A stretch of DNA of 63,704 nucleotides, filler included, from Octopus bimaculoides (Eukaryota), in the NCBI RefSeq assembly GCF_001194135.2. It is 7 parts of 7 records of this genome, joined end to end, with 100 filler letters (N's around TTAATTAATTAA, not from the genome) between each part and the next. Parts side by side here need not be neighbours in the genome. Positions count along the whole stretch, not along the records: positions 48,893 to 58,472 come from NC_068989.1; positions 58,573 to 60,789 come from NW_026410187.1; positions 60,890 to 62,368 come from NW_026342260.1; positions 62,469 to 63,704 come from NC_069002.1; 3 more parts are not named here. The stretch is one strand, 5' to 3'. The notes beneath the pieces were generated by a model. The model was not told the origin of the DNA and ran no database searches. It saw nothing but the letters and a program-made list of their open reading frames with translations. Each line of letters begins with the position of its first letter. Within the stretch, counting starts at the first letter, position 1. A program made the translations under genes and the position numbers. Shown here in pieces: positions 50,841 to 63,654 of this stretch.

Positions 50841-51016
50841 TTAATATTTACAGTACATTTTTATAAGTCAAAAGAAGACTGTCGTTGAGAGCTTCGACAT
50901 AAAATTTATATTAACTAATTCTTCCATAACTAAGCTACAAGAGTTTTAAACAACAATTCAAAATAGCCTTGTTGAATTAGTTAAGAGACTTGGGATAGCA
51001 ATAACCAATATCTCAA

Positions 51017-51100
51017 GAGAGTGAGTGTCGTGGAAACGAGTGACAACCAGCGAACACTGAGAGTGAGTGTCGTGGAATCGAGTGACAATCAACGAACACT
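51017..51100. repeat. 42-bp tandem duplication
   Basis: GAGAGTGAGTGTCGTGGAA(A/T)CGAGTGACAA(CCAG/TCAA)CGAACACT x2. Confidence 0.9.
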
Positions 51101-51302
51101 GATTAATTTTCCAGGGTTTTTATAACTGATCATACCTGAATTCTAAGAACCATATTTCGTGAAAGATTTATCTTTGACGAAAGTTAGAATTCAAATATGG
51201 GCAGTAATTTTAAGCAATGGGAAAATAATGATTATGCCTATTCGGCCAACATGACTATGACGTCATATTACCGCCGATAAAGGTTTATTATAAGTTGCTA
51301 CA

Positions 51303-51398
<96 letters not shown>

Positions 51399-52064
51399 GT
51401 ATATATTTAAATTCAATAATAGGACGAATTCTTTTACAAGAATTTATCAAGTAGCTAGCGTGAAAAAACCTCATAAGGGAAAATATCCATCATTTATTCC
51501 CGAAATATATATTTATATTTATAGAAGGGCATTACTATACAATAATGCCTCACGCTATGAGGGACTCTAAGGTCAGACTACCATAAAAAGCACATTTTTA
51601 CCGAACGCGAGGAAATGCAACTCTCAAAGCCCACACAAACTCACACACAATAGATCCACGGTCGGTACAATATCCATACGTTTTACCATTCCTTTTCTTC
51701 TCTATCAAATTAAGTATCTTAGACGCTAGTTAGCTTTAATTCTTTTTAATTTCTAACTTTTAAATTTAATCTAACTTTTAACTATAAATTTTTATTCTTT
51801 GATTTATAACTAATTGTAGTCTTATCCTATATATACCCGCTTAAGCTAGGTATATATTTTTTAGCTATCCCCTCCACTTTACCAAAACCTTAACGCCTGG
51901 CCTCTAACCCTGAACCGACACTTACGAAGAATAATACTGGCATCTTATCTTTCTTTATTCTTTTTAATTTTTAATTTTTAATTTTTTAATTTTCAATTTT
52001 TGATTTTACTTCACTTTCGCTCTCATTCATTTTTTCGCACCACCTTCCTGTCTTTTCTTTCTTT

Positions 52065-52225
52065 TTCTCTCTTTCTCCCTCCTTTCTCTCTTTCTCCCTC
52101 CTTTCTCTCTTTCTCCCTCCTTTCTCTCTTTCTCCCTCCTTTCTCTCTTTCTCCCTCCTTTCTCTCTTTCTCCCTCCTTTCTCCCTCGTTTCTCTCTTTC
52201 TCCCTCGTTTCTCTCTTTCTCCTCA
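52065..52225. repeat. 19-bp polypyrimidine minisatellite (TTCTCTCTTTCTCCCTCCT)n
   Basis: Direct reading. Confidence 0.9.
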
Positions 52226-52239
52226 TTTTTCTATCCACT

Positions 52240-52640
52240 CGCTGACAACCCACTTCTGTCAATCTTGATGTCTAGCTTTCTTACTCTATATTCCCACGTG
52301 GACCATTTACACTTAATACATTACCTCAATATGAACGCATCATTCAAAATACTGCCAAAATACTGCCTGGATTTACCTGAGATTATACCTAAGGGCCTAT
52401 ACCTTCACGGAAGTACAGGCCAACCGCCATACCCTCTGGAAAAGCTTGAACTGTGAATTTTATTCTCCTGTCTACTTTTACTCTTTATACTTCTATTTTA
52501 TTCCTTATAAACTGCGAGTTTCCCTGTCTGGAAGTTTCATACATACTCACCTTGTCTCTGATGACGGCATATACAGTGTACAGACATGCTATCTTATCAC
52601 CTAGGAAATCCCAGAAGCAGCTGTAAGACTTCAAATTCAC
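52240..52640 (+). mobile_element. Possible Penelope-like element 3' remnant with decayed hammerhead
   Basis: Frameshifted W-I-Y-L / I-I-P-K-G-L resembles the GIY-YIG C-terminal WIxxLxTxxPxGLN; a CTGATGA...GAAG-CAGCTG-TA core lies downstream. Confidence 0.45.
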
Positions 52641-52834
52641 CCTACCCTAAATTATTATAAATGACTAGAGATACTCGTCCTGCCTTGGTTTTTGTTGTCC
52701 TTTTCCTCATATATATAGTTGAAATTTATAGAAAAACAAAAGACGAAGACGGGTGTATGAACAACTAGCATATATATATTACGGAGATGTACTTGCATAG
52801 CAAGTGACTTGATCTGGAATAGTGAGCTGAAACA

Positions 52835-53090
52835 AAAACAATTGCATCGTGAAATATACTTATAAGCCATTTAAAAACCGTTAGAATCACCTCAACATTT
52901 ACATTTAAATTGTCAAAATATAATCGTCGCTGTGAAACTGCGACCTGTGCACTGACGAAATTCCGTGTAGCACGGAATTTTGTCAGTGAACAGGTCGCAG
53001 CTTCAAAGTGACGAAAATATTTTGTTCTAACGGTTTTTGTGTGTTTTTAAATGACTTATAAACACCTTCCATGATGTAATTGTTATTTCC
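52835..53090. repeat. Foldback element with a ~91-nt core hairpin (52924-53014)
   Basis: TCGTCGCTGTGAAACTGCGACCTG...TTCCGTG-TAG-CACGGAA...CAGGTCGCAGCTTCAAAGTGACGA; outer arms TATAAGCCATTTAAAAACCGTTAGAA and TTCTAACGGTTTTT...TTTAAATGACTTATA. Confidence 0.88.
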
Positions 53091-53168
53091 ATACATATAT
53101 ATATAATTCATTTATTTATAACTTGATAGCTAGATAGAAATAGATGTAGGTATATATGAATATATGTG

Positions 53169-53208
<40 letters not shown>

Positions 53209-54299
53209 NNNNNNNNNNNNNNNNNNNNNNNNNNNNNNNNNNNNNNNNNNNNNNNNNNNNNNNNNNNNNNNNNNNNNNNNNNNNNNNNNNNNNNNNNNNN
53301 NNNNNNNNNNNNNNNNNNNNNNNNNNNNNNNNNNNNNNNNNNNNNNNNNNNNNNNNNNNNNNNNNNNNNNNNNNNNNNNNNNNNNNNNNNNNNNNNNNNN
53401 NNNNNNNNNNNNNNNNNNNNNNNNNNNNNNNNNNNNNNNNNNNNNNNNNNNNNNNNNNNNNNNNNNNNNNNNNNNNNNNNNNNNNNNNNNNNNNNNNNNN
53501 NNNNNNNNNNNNNNNNNNNNNNNNNNNNNNNNNNNNNNNNNNCAATAATAATTGGTGATAATCTGGAAAAGCTTTGATTTTCAAAAAGAAAAAAAAAACA
53601 AGGAAATAATAAAAAAAAATCAACTAGCTAACACCAGCATTACTAATACAATCTGTGGGCAGCAAAGTAAAAGTATACAAAGCTTTTCTCATGTTTGTTA
53701 TCTACTTTCCTGTTATGAAGCTTGGTAACTTTTGTTAGAAACCAGCTCTTTCCTTACAGGAAGTGTTAAAATAATGAAGAAGAGAAGAGAACACACACAC
53801 ATATACACACACGTACAAATACAGTCACATATACACGCGCGCACACAAACATGCACATACACATTTGCCCATTAGCACTGTCTGTGAGTGTCAAGAGAGT
53901 AAAGAATTTAAAATGTGCATATCGATGAACACGTGTTTTTGAGAGCCGGTGTGTGTGTGTTTGTGTGTATATGTGTGTGCGCGCACTTGTGTATGTGTAT
54001 GTGTGTGTGCGTGTGTGCGCGCGCACGTGTATGTGCGTACGCGCGTATGTGCGTGTATGTATTTGTGCTTGTGTGTGTGTGTGTGTGTGTGTATTGTCCG
54101 ACACTGGTTCACTTTCAATATCAGATTTGCCTTGAACTTGAAATTTGCTCACCCTTTTCCCTTTGGTAGGCTTCAAACGTGACCACCACCCCAACAAAAA
54201 GGGTATCCATAATAGACGGCACCCTTCCTATGTCACCAGTTATTGTGGGCATCACAAACATACACATATTTTTTCCTGCGTGGGAATACACCTCTTCTT

Positions 54300-54331
<32 letters not shown>

Positions 54332-55028
54332 NNNNNNNNNNNNNNNNNNNNNNNNNNNNNNNNNNNNNNNNNNNNNNNNNNNNNNNNNNNNNNNNNNNNN
54401 NNNNNNNNNNNNNNNNNNNNNNNNNNNNNNNNNNNNNNNNNNNNNNNNNNNNNNNNNNNNNNNNNNNNNNNNNNNNNNNNNNNNNNNNNNNNNNNNNNNN
54501 NNNNNNNNNNNNNNNNNNNNNNNNNNNNNNNNNNNNNNNNNNNNNNNNNNNNNNNNNNNNNNNNNNNNNNNNNNNNNNNNNNNNNNNNNNNNNNNNNNNN
54601 NNNNNNNNNNNNNNNNNNNNNNNNNNNNNNNNNNNNNNNNNNNNNNNNNNNNNNNNNNNNNNNNNNNNNNNNNNNNNNNNNNNNNNNNNNNNNNNNNNNN
54701 NNNNNNNNNNNNNNNNNNNNNNNNNNNNNNNNNNNNNNNNNNNNNNNNNNNNNNNNNNNNNNNNNNNNNNNNNNNNNNNNNNNNNNNNNNNNNNNNNNNN
54801 NNNNNNNNNNNNNNNNNNNNNNNNNNNNNNNNNNNNNNNNNNNNNNNNNNNNNNNNNNNNNNNNNNNNNNNNNNNNNNNNNNNNNNNNNNNNNNNNNNNN
54901 NNNNNNNNNNTACATATATATATATACATACATATACATACATACACTCCCCCACACACAGAGTCTTATATGCTCATGGTCTCCATAATAAATATCGTCA
55001 CAAACGGGCACTGTACATCTATCTTTCC

Positions 55029-55180
<152 letters not shown>

Positions 55181-55863
55181 ATTTACCTGTTATCTGTGTA
55201 TATATATCTAAATATTTGTATGGTGATTGTTCCATCCTCACAGTCGACTGCAGTTTCCTTGTACAGGAATCGTCGTCAATAATATTTCTGACTTTCCATC
55301 TGTGACTTTTCAGATGATTTTTCTGGTTATGGCTGCACACCTCTCTGCACACCTCTCCACTCTTTCATTGTTATAGGACTTTCAGTAGATGGAATGAGAA
55401 AAGAAAAAATGAGGTCACCATAAAGAAACATCTGTAAGTCATTGGATTAGAGTGGCAAGCACTTGAAAAACACGAGTAGAACTCTCTGAGTGCACGTGAT
55501 TAGCATTTAGTGACAGGCCGAAACGAGAAGACCAGTAATCGCGTGAAATCGCAGGTTTTACATCAGATTATCCTTCTCCTGAAAGGATGTTGGATGCTGT
55601 AACAACCGGCAGGAAGTTCCTCATACACGTATACACACATATACATTCTGATACCCATACACGCATATATATATACATATACATATACATACATGTATAT
55701 ACATATTAGAAAGAAATAATGAACACGCAAAATATGTTGTATCACTTTAGAGCAGGTGCCGGGTAAGTTTTTTAACCAATTACCCCCAAATATATTTATT
55801 TACGCCGACGTTACTCCCTTAATTTGAAAGGAAGAAAATCATAGATTCCTTGAATTCAAAAGG

Positions 55864-55945
55864 TTTATTGAATTATTTTATTGAACCTATTTTATTGAAC
55901 CTATTTTATTGAACCTATTTTATTGAATCTATTCATTTGAATCTA
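55864..55945. repeat. 14-bp tandem repeat (TTTTATTGAACCTA)n
   Basis: About 4-5 copies, direct reading. Confidence 0.85.
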
Positions 55946-56407
55946 CACGTCTTTTACATTGGACAGATGCAGTGTTGCCAGAAGAAAAATTTGTCATAAC
56001 AAGGAAGACATTACCCCCACAAGAATTTCATTTTTGCCTCACTTTGGTTAATTTAGCTGACTCCTGCTTTAGAGCATGGAATTCGTAATTTAAACATAAT
56101 TGCAGAGTTGTTAGAGTAAATAACGGATTAAGTTGTGCATAAAATCTCTTACAGTTGTTTCTAGAATAGCTGTGCATATAGCGTAAAGGTTTCTATATAA
56201 AAACCAGCTAAGCTGTCTTCAGAAAGGAAGCGTTAGCGAATATCCTTAATGTTACTCCGTTATAAAGGATTTTTGTAGTTACGGGTTTCTATTCAATTTC
56301 AATCAAGAAAATGACACTTGCATAAGATGCCATGCAGCGGAACCGAAATCAGTACTACATGCTTTCGAATTGAACTGCTTAACCATTCGGGTACATTGCG
56401 CATACGA

Positions 56408-56451
<44 letters not shown>

Positions 56452-57264
56452 GCATGCACGCAAACACAGATAGATAGATAGATAGAGAAAGAGAGAGAAA
56501 GAGGGAGAGGGAGAAAGAAAGAGAAGCAGGTAGATAGTTCGATAGATCGACCGATAAATTGACTGATTGATTAAAAATCGGGCAAAGAGCACGAGTTGGG
56601 CTAGAGGCAAAGAGAGGACAAACAGACTAATAATATACGAAGTCAGAACTAGCAAAAGCACGCACCTGAAAAAGCGTAGAAATACGATAAAAGAATCAAG
56701 AACAATAGTTCTTGAAGAGAATCTGACGCTTCGGGCTATGTTCTTTATCAAAGAAAAGAAAAGATTTAATAGACCAAGAGAAAGAGCTAAAAAATAATGC
56801 AAAAATGGACGACGAAAATTGTATTTGCTGAAAATAATTACAAAAGATCTCCAGAAACTAAAGTTAGCTATTAATGAATCTGAATGTCTCGAAAATAAAT
56901 AAATAACTAAATAAATAAATAAATAAATAGCGAGAAATAAATATTATTTAATGATTTAGTAACATGAACACGTGTTCCGTTGATTATAGATATAAATAGG
57001 TACAAAATATAATTCATAATATAAAGATGTAGTTTGGAAGAAGACGACTATGACTGTTGTCTTTGAAATTTTCAATGGAAATGTTTGCACCTGGTGACAC
57101 ACTATACATACATGCATACACACACACACATATTTATTTATATACATACATATATACATACATGCTTAACGTATATATATATATTTAAAAATGTATATAT
57201 ACATAAATATATATATATGTGTGTGCGTGTGTGCATGTGCGCGTAGGTGTATAAATATCTTTTA

Positions 57265-57670
57265 TCGGTTATCTTTAACTTGTGTCGCTCATTGGACTGT
57301 GGCCAAGCTTGGCAACACCTTAGAGATTTTAGTCGAACAAATTGATTCCAGTATTTATTTTAAAGCCTGGTACTTATTCTATATCGTTCATTTGCCGAAT
57401 CGCTAAGTTATGGAAGGCAGACAAACCAACAGCATATGTCATGCATTGGTAGAGGACAAATGCAAACACAAACTTATTTACACCACACACATACACACAC
57501 ACACACACACGCGCGCGCTCGCTCGCTCGCACACACGCATGCATGATGTGCTTCTGCATAGTTTCCCTCTACCAAATTCACTCTCAAGGTATTGGTCAAT
57601 TAGGGGCTCTAGAAGACACTTGCCCAAGATGCCGTGGATTGCATTCGTAAACACATGATTACAATGTGAG
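57265..57670 (-). mobile_element. Diverged family-B SINE
   Basis: Tail, internal microsatellite and CACTTGCCCAAG motif in reverse orientation. Confidence 0.75.
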
Positions 57671-58261
57671 GTTTTTACCGCACAGTCATTTCTATAAACA
57701 CATACATACACGCATACATACATACATACATACATACATACATACATACACGCATACATACATACATACATACATNNNNNNNNNNNNNNNNNNNNNNNNN
57801 NNNNNNNNNNNNNNNNNNNNNNNNNNNNNNNNNNNNNNNNNNNNNNNNNNNNNNNNNNNNNNNNNNNNNNNNNNNNNNNNNNNNNNNNNNNNNNNNNNNN
57901 NNNNNNNNNNNNNNNNNNNNNNNNNNNNNNNNNNNNNNNNNNNNNNNATATATATACATGTATACATGCATACATACGTACATGCACATATACATATATG
58001 CATACATACATATGTACATACATACATGCTTGCATGCATACATGCATACATACACATACGTACATACACACGCACATACACACACACACACACATCTATA
58101 TATATGTGTATCTAAGTAGCTATATACAGTTAAGTATTTGTTTTTGCCTGATTCTTAATATAAAATCCTGTGTTGAAAAAGATATCGTTTTACTTGGCGA
58201 TGGTAATTTTTTTCGAATTAAGAACCCGCACAATGTGTTTGGTATTTACTTCAGCTTTATG

Positions 58262-58329
<68 letters not shown>

Positions 58330-58572
58330 GTTGTTGTTTTTTTTCTTCTTTCTTCAAATTTTCTTCCATTTCTCGCCGAGTGTTTTCCGTACACATAGGG
58401 CAGAGAAACTCGTTGTATGCATTCCCAGTTCACACACGCAAATTCACAGGTAAAATATGTATTTAAGAAAAANNNNNNNNNNNNNNNNNNNNNNNNNNNN
58501 NNNNNNNNNNNNNNNNTTAATTAATTAANNNNNNNNNNNNNNNNNNNNNNNNNNNNNNNNNNNNNNNNNNNN

Positions 58573-59519
58573 AATTTGAAGGAAATTGGTTGTGTAGTTC
58601 TGGAGTTTTAGGGATTCACACACACACACAGACATACATTCTCAATTATATATATATACTAGCAGAGATACCCAGCGTTGCTCGTGTTACATGCAATTGA
58701 AGGATGAGACTTTTCTCTTATATTTCCTGTAAGGAACTGGAATAGATATGATTCGAATTTCATCAAAATTGCACATGAGGGTTCTTTCCCTCTTTACACA
58801 CCCTAAAAAAATTCTAATCATGAGACATGTATCCCATGCTATTAATCTTTATGCACAAATTCCAAAATTTCAGTCTTCTGGAACCTGTAAAAAGGATTTT
58901 GCTCCTGAAAAATGGAGCTCATGGAGCTCTAAAATGTGGAAATGAAGGCCCCTATTGGGTGTGGGGGTGTTAATGTCAACCAGAGAAGTTGAATTGTTGG
59001 GATTGTTTTTAACTTGGGTCTTATAGTATACCTGTATATATGTGAGAGTATAGTTTCACTTTAATAGTTTCAGTATGAAATTGAAAGTATTAAAGTGAAA
59101 GTATTTGAAATTACAGTAGCGACATCTTATTGTTTCACTTTTGAGATGTAATACTAAAATAGTGGAATAGTTTCAGTGTGAAAGTGAAAGTATCTGACAT
59201 TACAGTAGAGTGATGTTATTGTTTCACTTTTGACACGTAAAACTGAAATAGTGGAGGAGATATGATATTGGTGTGGGCTCGAACTATGCAAGAAGTTAAA
59301 AATTGTTTTGGCCTAAGACACTACATGGACTCTAAGTAAGGCATGTGTTAATTTCAAATGAAATTGGTTGTGTAGTTCTCGAGTTTTATGGACTCACACA
59401 GACACATATTCTCATCTTTATATATCTGATATTTATGCGCATATTCGAAAATTCTAGTGTTATGGACCCTGTAAAAAGGATTTTGCTCATGAAGAATGGA
59501 GCTCTTGGAGCTGAAAAAT
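58573..59519 (+). mobile_element. Tandem non-autonomous Helitron/Helentron-like units
   Basis: 3'-type end (AAATTGGTTGTGTAGTTCT...CACACAGACATACATTCTC...TATATA) at 58573-58657 and again at ~59350-59430; 5'-type start ACTAGCAGAGATACCCAGCGTTGCTCG at 58658; the internal CTGTAAAAAGGATTTTGCTC segment is repeated. Confidence 0.6.
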
Positions 59520-62037
59520 NNNNNNNNNNNNNNNNNNNNNNNNNNNNNNNNNNNNNNNNNNNNNNNNNNNNNNNNNNNNNNNNNNNNNNNNNNNNNNNNN
59601 NNNNNNNNNNNNNNNNNNNNNNNNNNNNNNNNNNNNNNNNNNNNNNNNNNNNNNNNNNNNNNNNNNNNNNNNNNNNNNNNNNNNNNNNNNNNNNNNNNNN
59701 NNNNNNNNNNNNNNNNNNNNNNNNNNNNNNNNNNNNNNNNNNNNNNNNNNNNNNNNNNNNNNNNNNNNNNNNNNNNNNNNNNNNNNNNNNNNNNNNNNNN
59801 NNNNNNNNNNNNNNNNNNNNNNNNNNNNNNNNNNNNNNNNNNNNNNNNNNNNNNNNNNNNNNNNNNNNNNNNNNNNNNNNNNNNNNNNNNNNNNNNNNNN
59901 NNNNNNNNNNNNNNNNNNNNNNNNNNNNNNNNNNNNNNNNNNNNNNNNNNNNNNNNNNNNNNNNNNNNNNNNNNNNNNNNNNNNNNNNNNNNNNNNNNNN
60001 NNNNNNNNNNNNNNNNNNNNNNNNNNNNNNNNNNNNNNNNNNNNNNNNNNNNNNNNNNNNNNNNNNNNNNNNNNNNNNNNNNNNNNNNNNNNNNNNNNNN
60101 NNNNNNNNNNNNNNNNNNNNNNNNNNNNNNNNNNNNNNNNNNNNNNNNNNNNNNNNNNNNNNNNNNNNNNNNNNNNNNNNNNNNNNNNNNNNNNNNNNNN
60201 NNNNNNNNNNNNNNNNNNNNNNNNNNNNNNNNNNNNNNNNNNNNNNNNNNNNNNNNNNNNNNNNNNNNNNNNNNNNNNNNNNNNNNNNNNNNNNNNNNNN
60301 NNNNNNNNNNNNNNNNNNNNNNNNNNNNNNNNNNNNNNNNNNNNNNNNNNNNNNNNNNNNNNNNNNGTAACTTCTAAGAAGAAATTTTAGAAATATTACT
60401 TTATTTGTGTGTAATCTGTATGGTTAAAATTTCATCAACATCAAAAATATATGAATTTTCATGGTGGTTATGGCCGTTATGCATAGAATATAATTTCCAA
60501 ATTTCATAAAGATTCATTCAGTACTTTTTACGTAGTTTTGGATAAAAAGACAAATGACTAATGTGTGCGTTTGTGTGTATGTGTGTGTGTGTGTGAGTGT
60601 ATATATGCATAGATATCTGTATGCATGTATATATGTGTACATATTACATGTACGTCTATATATATACATCTACACATATGTATACATATACATGTATGCA
60701 TATAGATCTATATTTATATATATATATCTATACATATACATGTACATATACGTGTACATATACATCTATATGTATACATGTATACATATNNNNNNNNNNN
60801 NNNNNNNNNNNNNNNNNNNNNNNNNNNNNNNNNTTAATTAATTAANNNNNNNNNNNNNNNNNNNNNNNNNNNNNNNNNNNNNNNNNNNNGTGAATATGAG
60901 GCGTACGCATCTGTAAGATTTCCGGAATTGGGAGGCGGAGTTGCTCGCATTGCGGACGATCTTCATGGCGCCGGAGGATAAGTCGGTGGTGCTGGACATG
61001 ACAGGCAGCGAAGGAAATACTTTCAAACTATTTGCCGTTTTNNNNNNNNNNNNNNNNNNNNNNNNNNNNNNNNNNNNNNNNNNNNNNNNNNNNNNNNNNN
61101 NNNNNNNNNNNNNNNNNNNNNNNNNNNNNNNNNNNNNNNNNNNNNNTAGACATAAGGTGGGATTGTGTGAGTTTCACAGATAGGGGAGGAGTGGGCAAAA
61201 GCCTCATAAACCTGCTCTGACGATTCCAAGTGTTTGACACGTATCGACTGTTCAGCTACTCCGTATCTACGCTAATTCTATAAAATAGTCCGTAAGGATA
61301 GCATAGGTTGGCCGCAATTTGAAGTAGTCGACTATACACACCACAAATTCGTGATCTGCACAGCCGACATATATCGGCTTCATAAACAGCGACCCAGTTA
61401 CTAGAAACTGAACGCGTCTTTGCGGCGCCTAAAGACCAAATTTTTGAACTAGGGTGGTTCGTCCTGCAAAGGGCAATTAGAATAGAATCTATAAAGTTTA
61501 GCAAATGACTAGTAGTAGAAAAAAAAANNNNNNNNNNNNNNNNNNNNNNNNNNNNNNNNNNNNNNNNNNNNNNNNNNNNNNNNNNNNNNNNNNNNNNNNN
61601 NNNNNNNNNNNNNNNNNNNNNNNNNNNNNNNNNNNNNNNNNNNNNNNNNNNNNNNNNNNNNNNNNNNNNNNNNNNNNNNNNNNNNNNNNNNNNNNNNNNN
61701 NNNNNNNNNNNNNNNNNNNNNNNNNNNNNNNNNNNNNNNNNNNNNNNNNNNNNNNNNNNNNNNNNNNNNNNNNNNNNNNNNNNNNNNNNNNNNNNNNNNN
61801 NNNNNNNNTTTACGACAACCTCCACCTCATTCGATACATAACTAAGAAAGTGGCTAAAGAACTTGGCACAGATGGAGCCCTGATCAATTTAAAGCTTCCG
61901 ATGGGGTCGACAAGACGTCTAGCTTCCGGCATNNNNNNNNNNAGACGTCTAGCTTCCGGCATGTATTCAGAGGCTGGATCACTGCAATGCACAATGACAT
62001 CTGTTCAGCGGTCAGAGTGAACTGTCATCTCTCAGAA

Positions 62038-62317
62038 CTCGTGAACGTGAGAATTGAAGACACTAGTGTAAACATGCAGTTAGACACGAGGAGCGACATC
62101 ACAATCATAAACGAGAAAACATGGAAACAAATGGGTGAGCCAAAATTATAATAGCGCAAGGTNNNNNNNNNNACGGGAGGAAAATTTATATTTCATAGAC
62201 GAACGTGTTTATAATCTAATGCTCAAAGGTCGAACCCCAAAAGTAGATGTTTATGTGTTGAAAAAATCCATGAATTCATTTGGCACCGAATGTATGAACA
62301 AATTTAATTTATGGGAT
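62038..62317 (+). mobile_element. Ty3/gypsy aspartic-protease remnant
   Basis: LVNVRIEDTSVNMQLDTRSDITIINEKTWKQMGEPKL-stop (DTGS changed to DTRS), then ...VYVLKKSMNSFGTECMNKFNLWD. Confidence 0.85.
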
Positions 62318-63654
62318 TGGAGTGGCTGTGAGGTAAGTAGCTTGCTTACCAACCACATGGTTCTGGGTNNNNNNNNNNNNNNNNNNNNNNNNNNNNNNNN
62401 NNNNNNNNNNNNTTAATTAATTAANNNNNNNNNNNNNNNNNNNNNNNNNNNNNNNNNNNNNNNNNNNNTATATATACATATATATATACACATATGTATA
62501 TATACACGTACATATATATAAATATATGCATATACACATACATATATGTACATACCTACATATATATGTATATACACTTGCATATATGGGTACAGGACGT
62601 CAAGAAAAAAAAAACGTGCACAGTATGAGAAGCGAGGACAGGAAATGTATATATATATATATGCATATATACATGAAATTATTTACCGATACTGTATCTT
62701 TGTTGTAGTTTAATTAATAATGTTGGTGTTTAACCCTTCCTAGAATTAATATTAAATGAATGCAATGATATCTAACGTATGTTTGTTCCCAAACAACACT
62801 TATTTTAGTGCTGCTGACACCACCGGATTGAATGGTACAGCCCAGGTGTCGAAACGATTGTGATATCCGTGGGGCAGCTGATGATGGAGGTATGCTGGAT
62901 TGTTGGTATGGCTGTTATTCCATGTGCGTAATAGTTTTATAACACATCCATTTGATATATATATATATATATATATATATGAAACATAAATACATATATT
63001 TGTTAAACATGAATATATATTCACTAACATAATACTTATAAATTTCGCATTCCTTCTCCGCCTACACGTAAGCACCCGCACGCAATCATCGTGTATATAT
63101 ATATATGCATGCAATATAGACACACATACGTATATACATGCATACAAAAGCACACACACAAACACACACACACACACACATTCACACTGATTAGGATTTG
63201 AAACCAAACTTAATTTTCACATTTGTCCCAAATAAACAAATAAGTCTTCTGTCAATGCCAGCAACGAAGACCACAATCAAAATGGCGGCCATAATATCTT
63301 AGAAGTGAAAGAAGAGCATCCACCTACTGGTGTATACTGTGTACAAGCATACAGAAATACAAAAACAAATGCAAATATGCATACATATGTGTGATTGTGT
63401 GATTGCATGTGTGTGCATTTGTGTGTGTGCCTGTGTGTATATTTCTCATGTTTGTCCCACATATATGCAATGGCCTCGTTTATGTATGTCATCTATCTAT
63501 GTAGCTGTCTGTCTGTCTGTCTGTGTTTGTCTCTCTACCTATCATTCCCTACACCTTCACACACACACACACACACATATACATATATATATGTATATAG
63601 ATATGTATATATGTGCATACACATTTATATATATATATGTACATATACATACAT

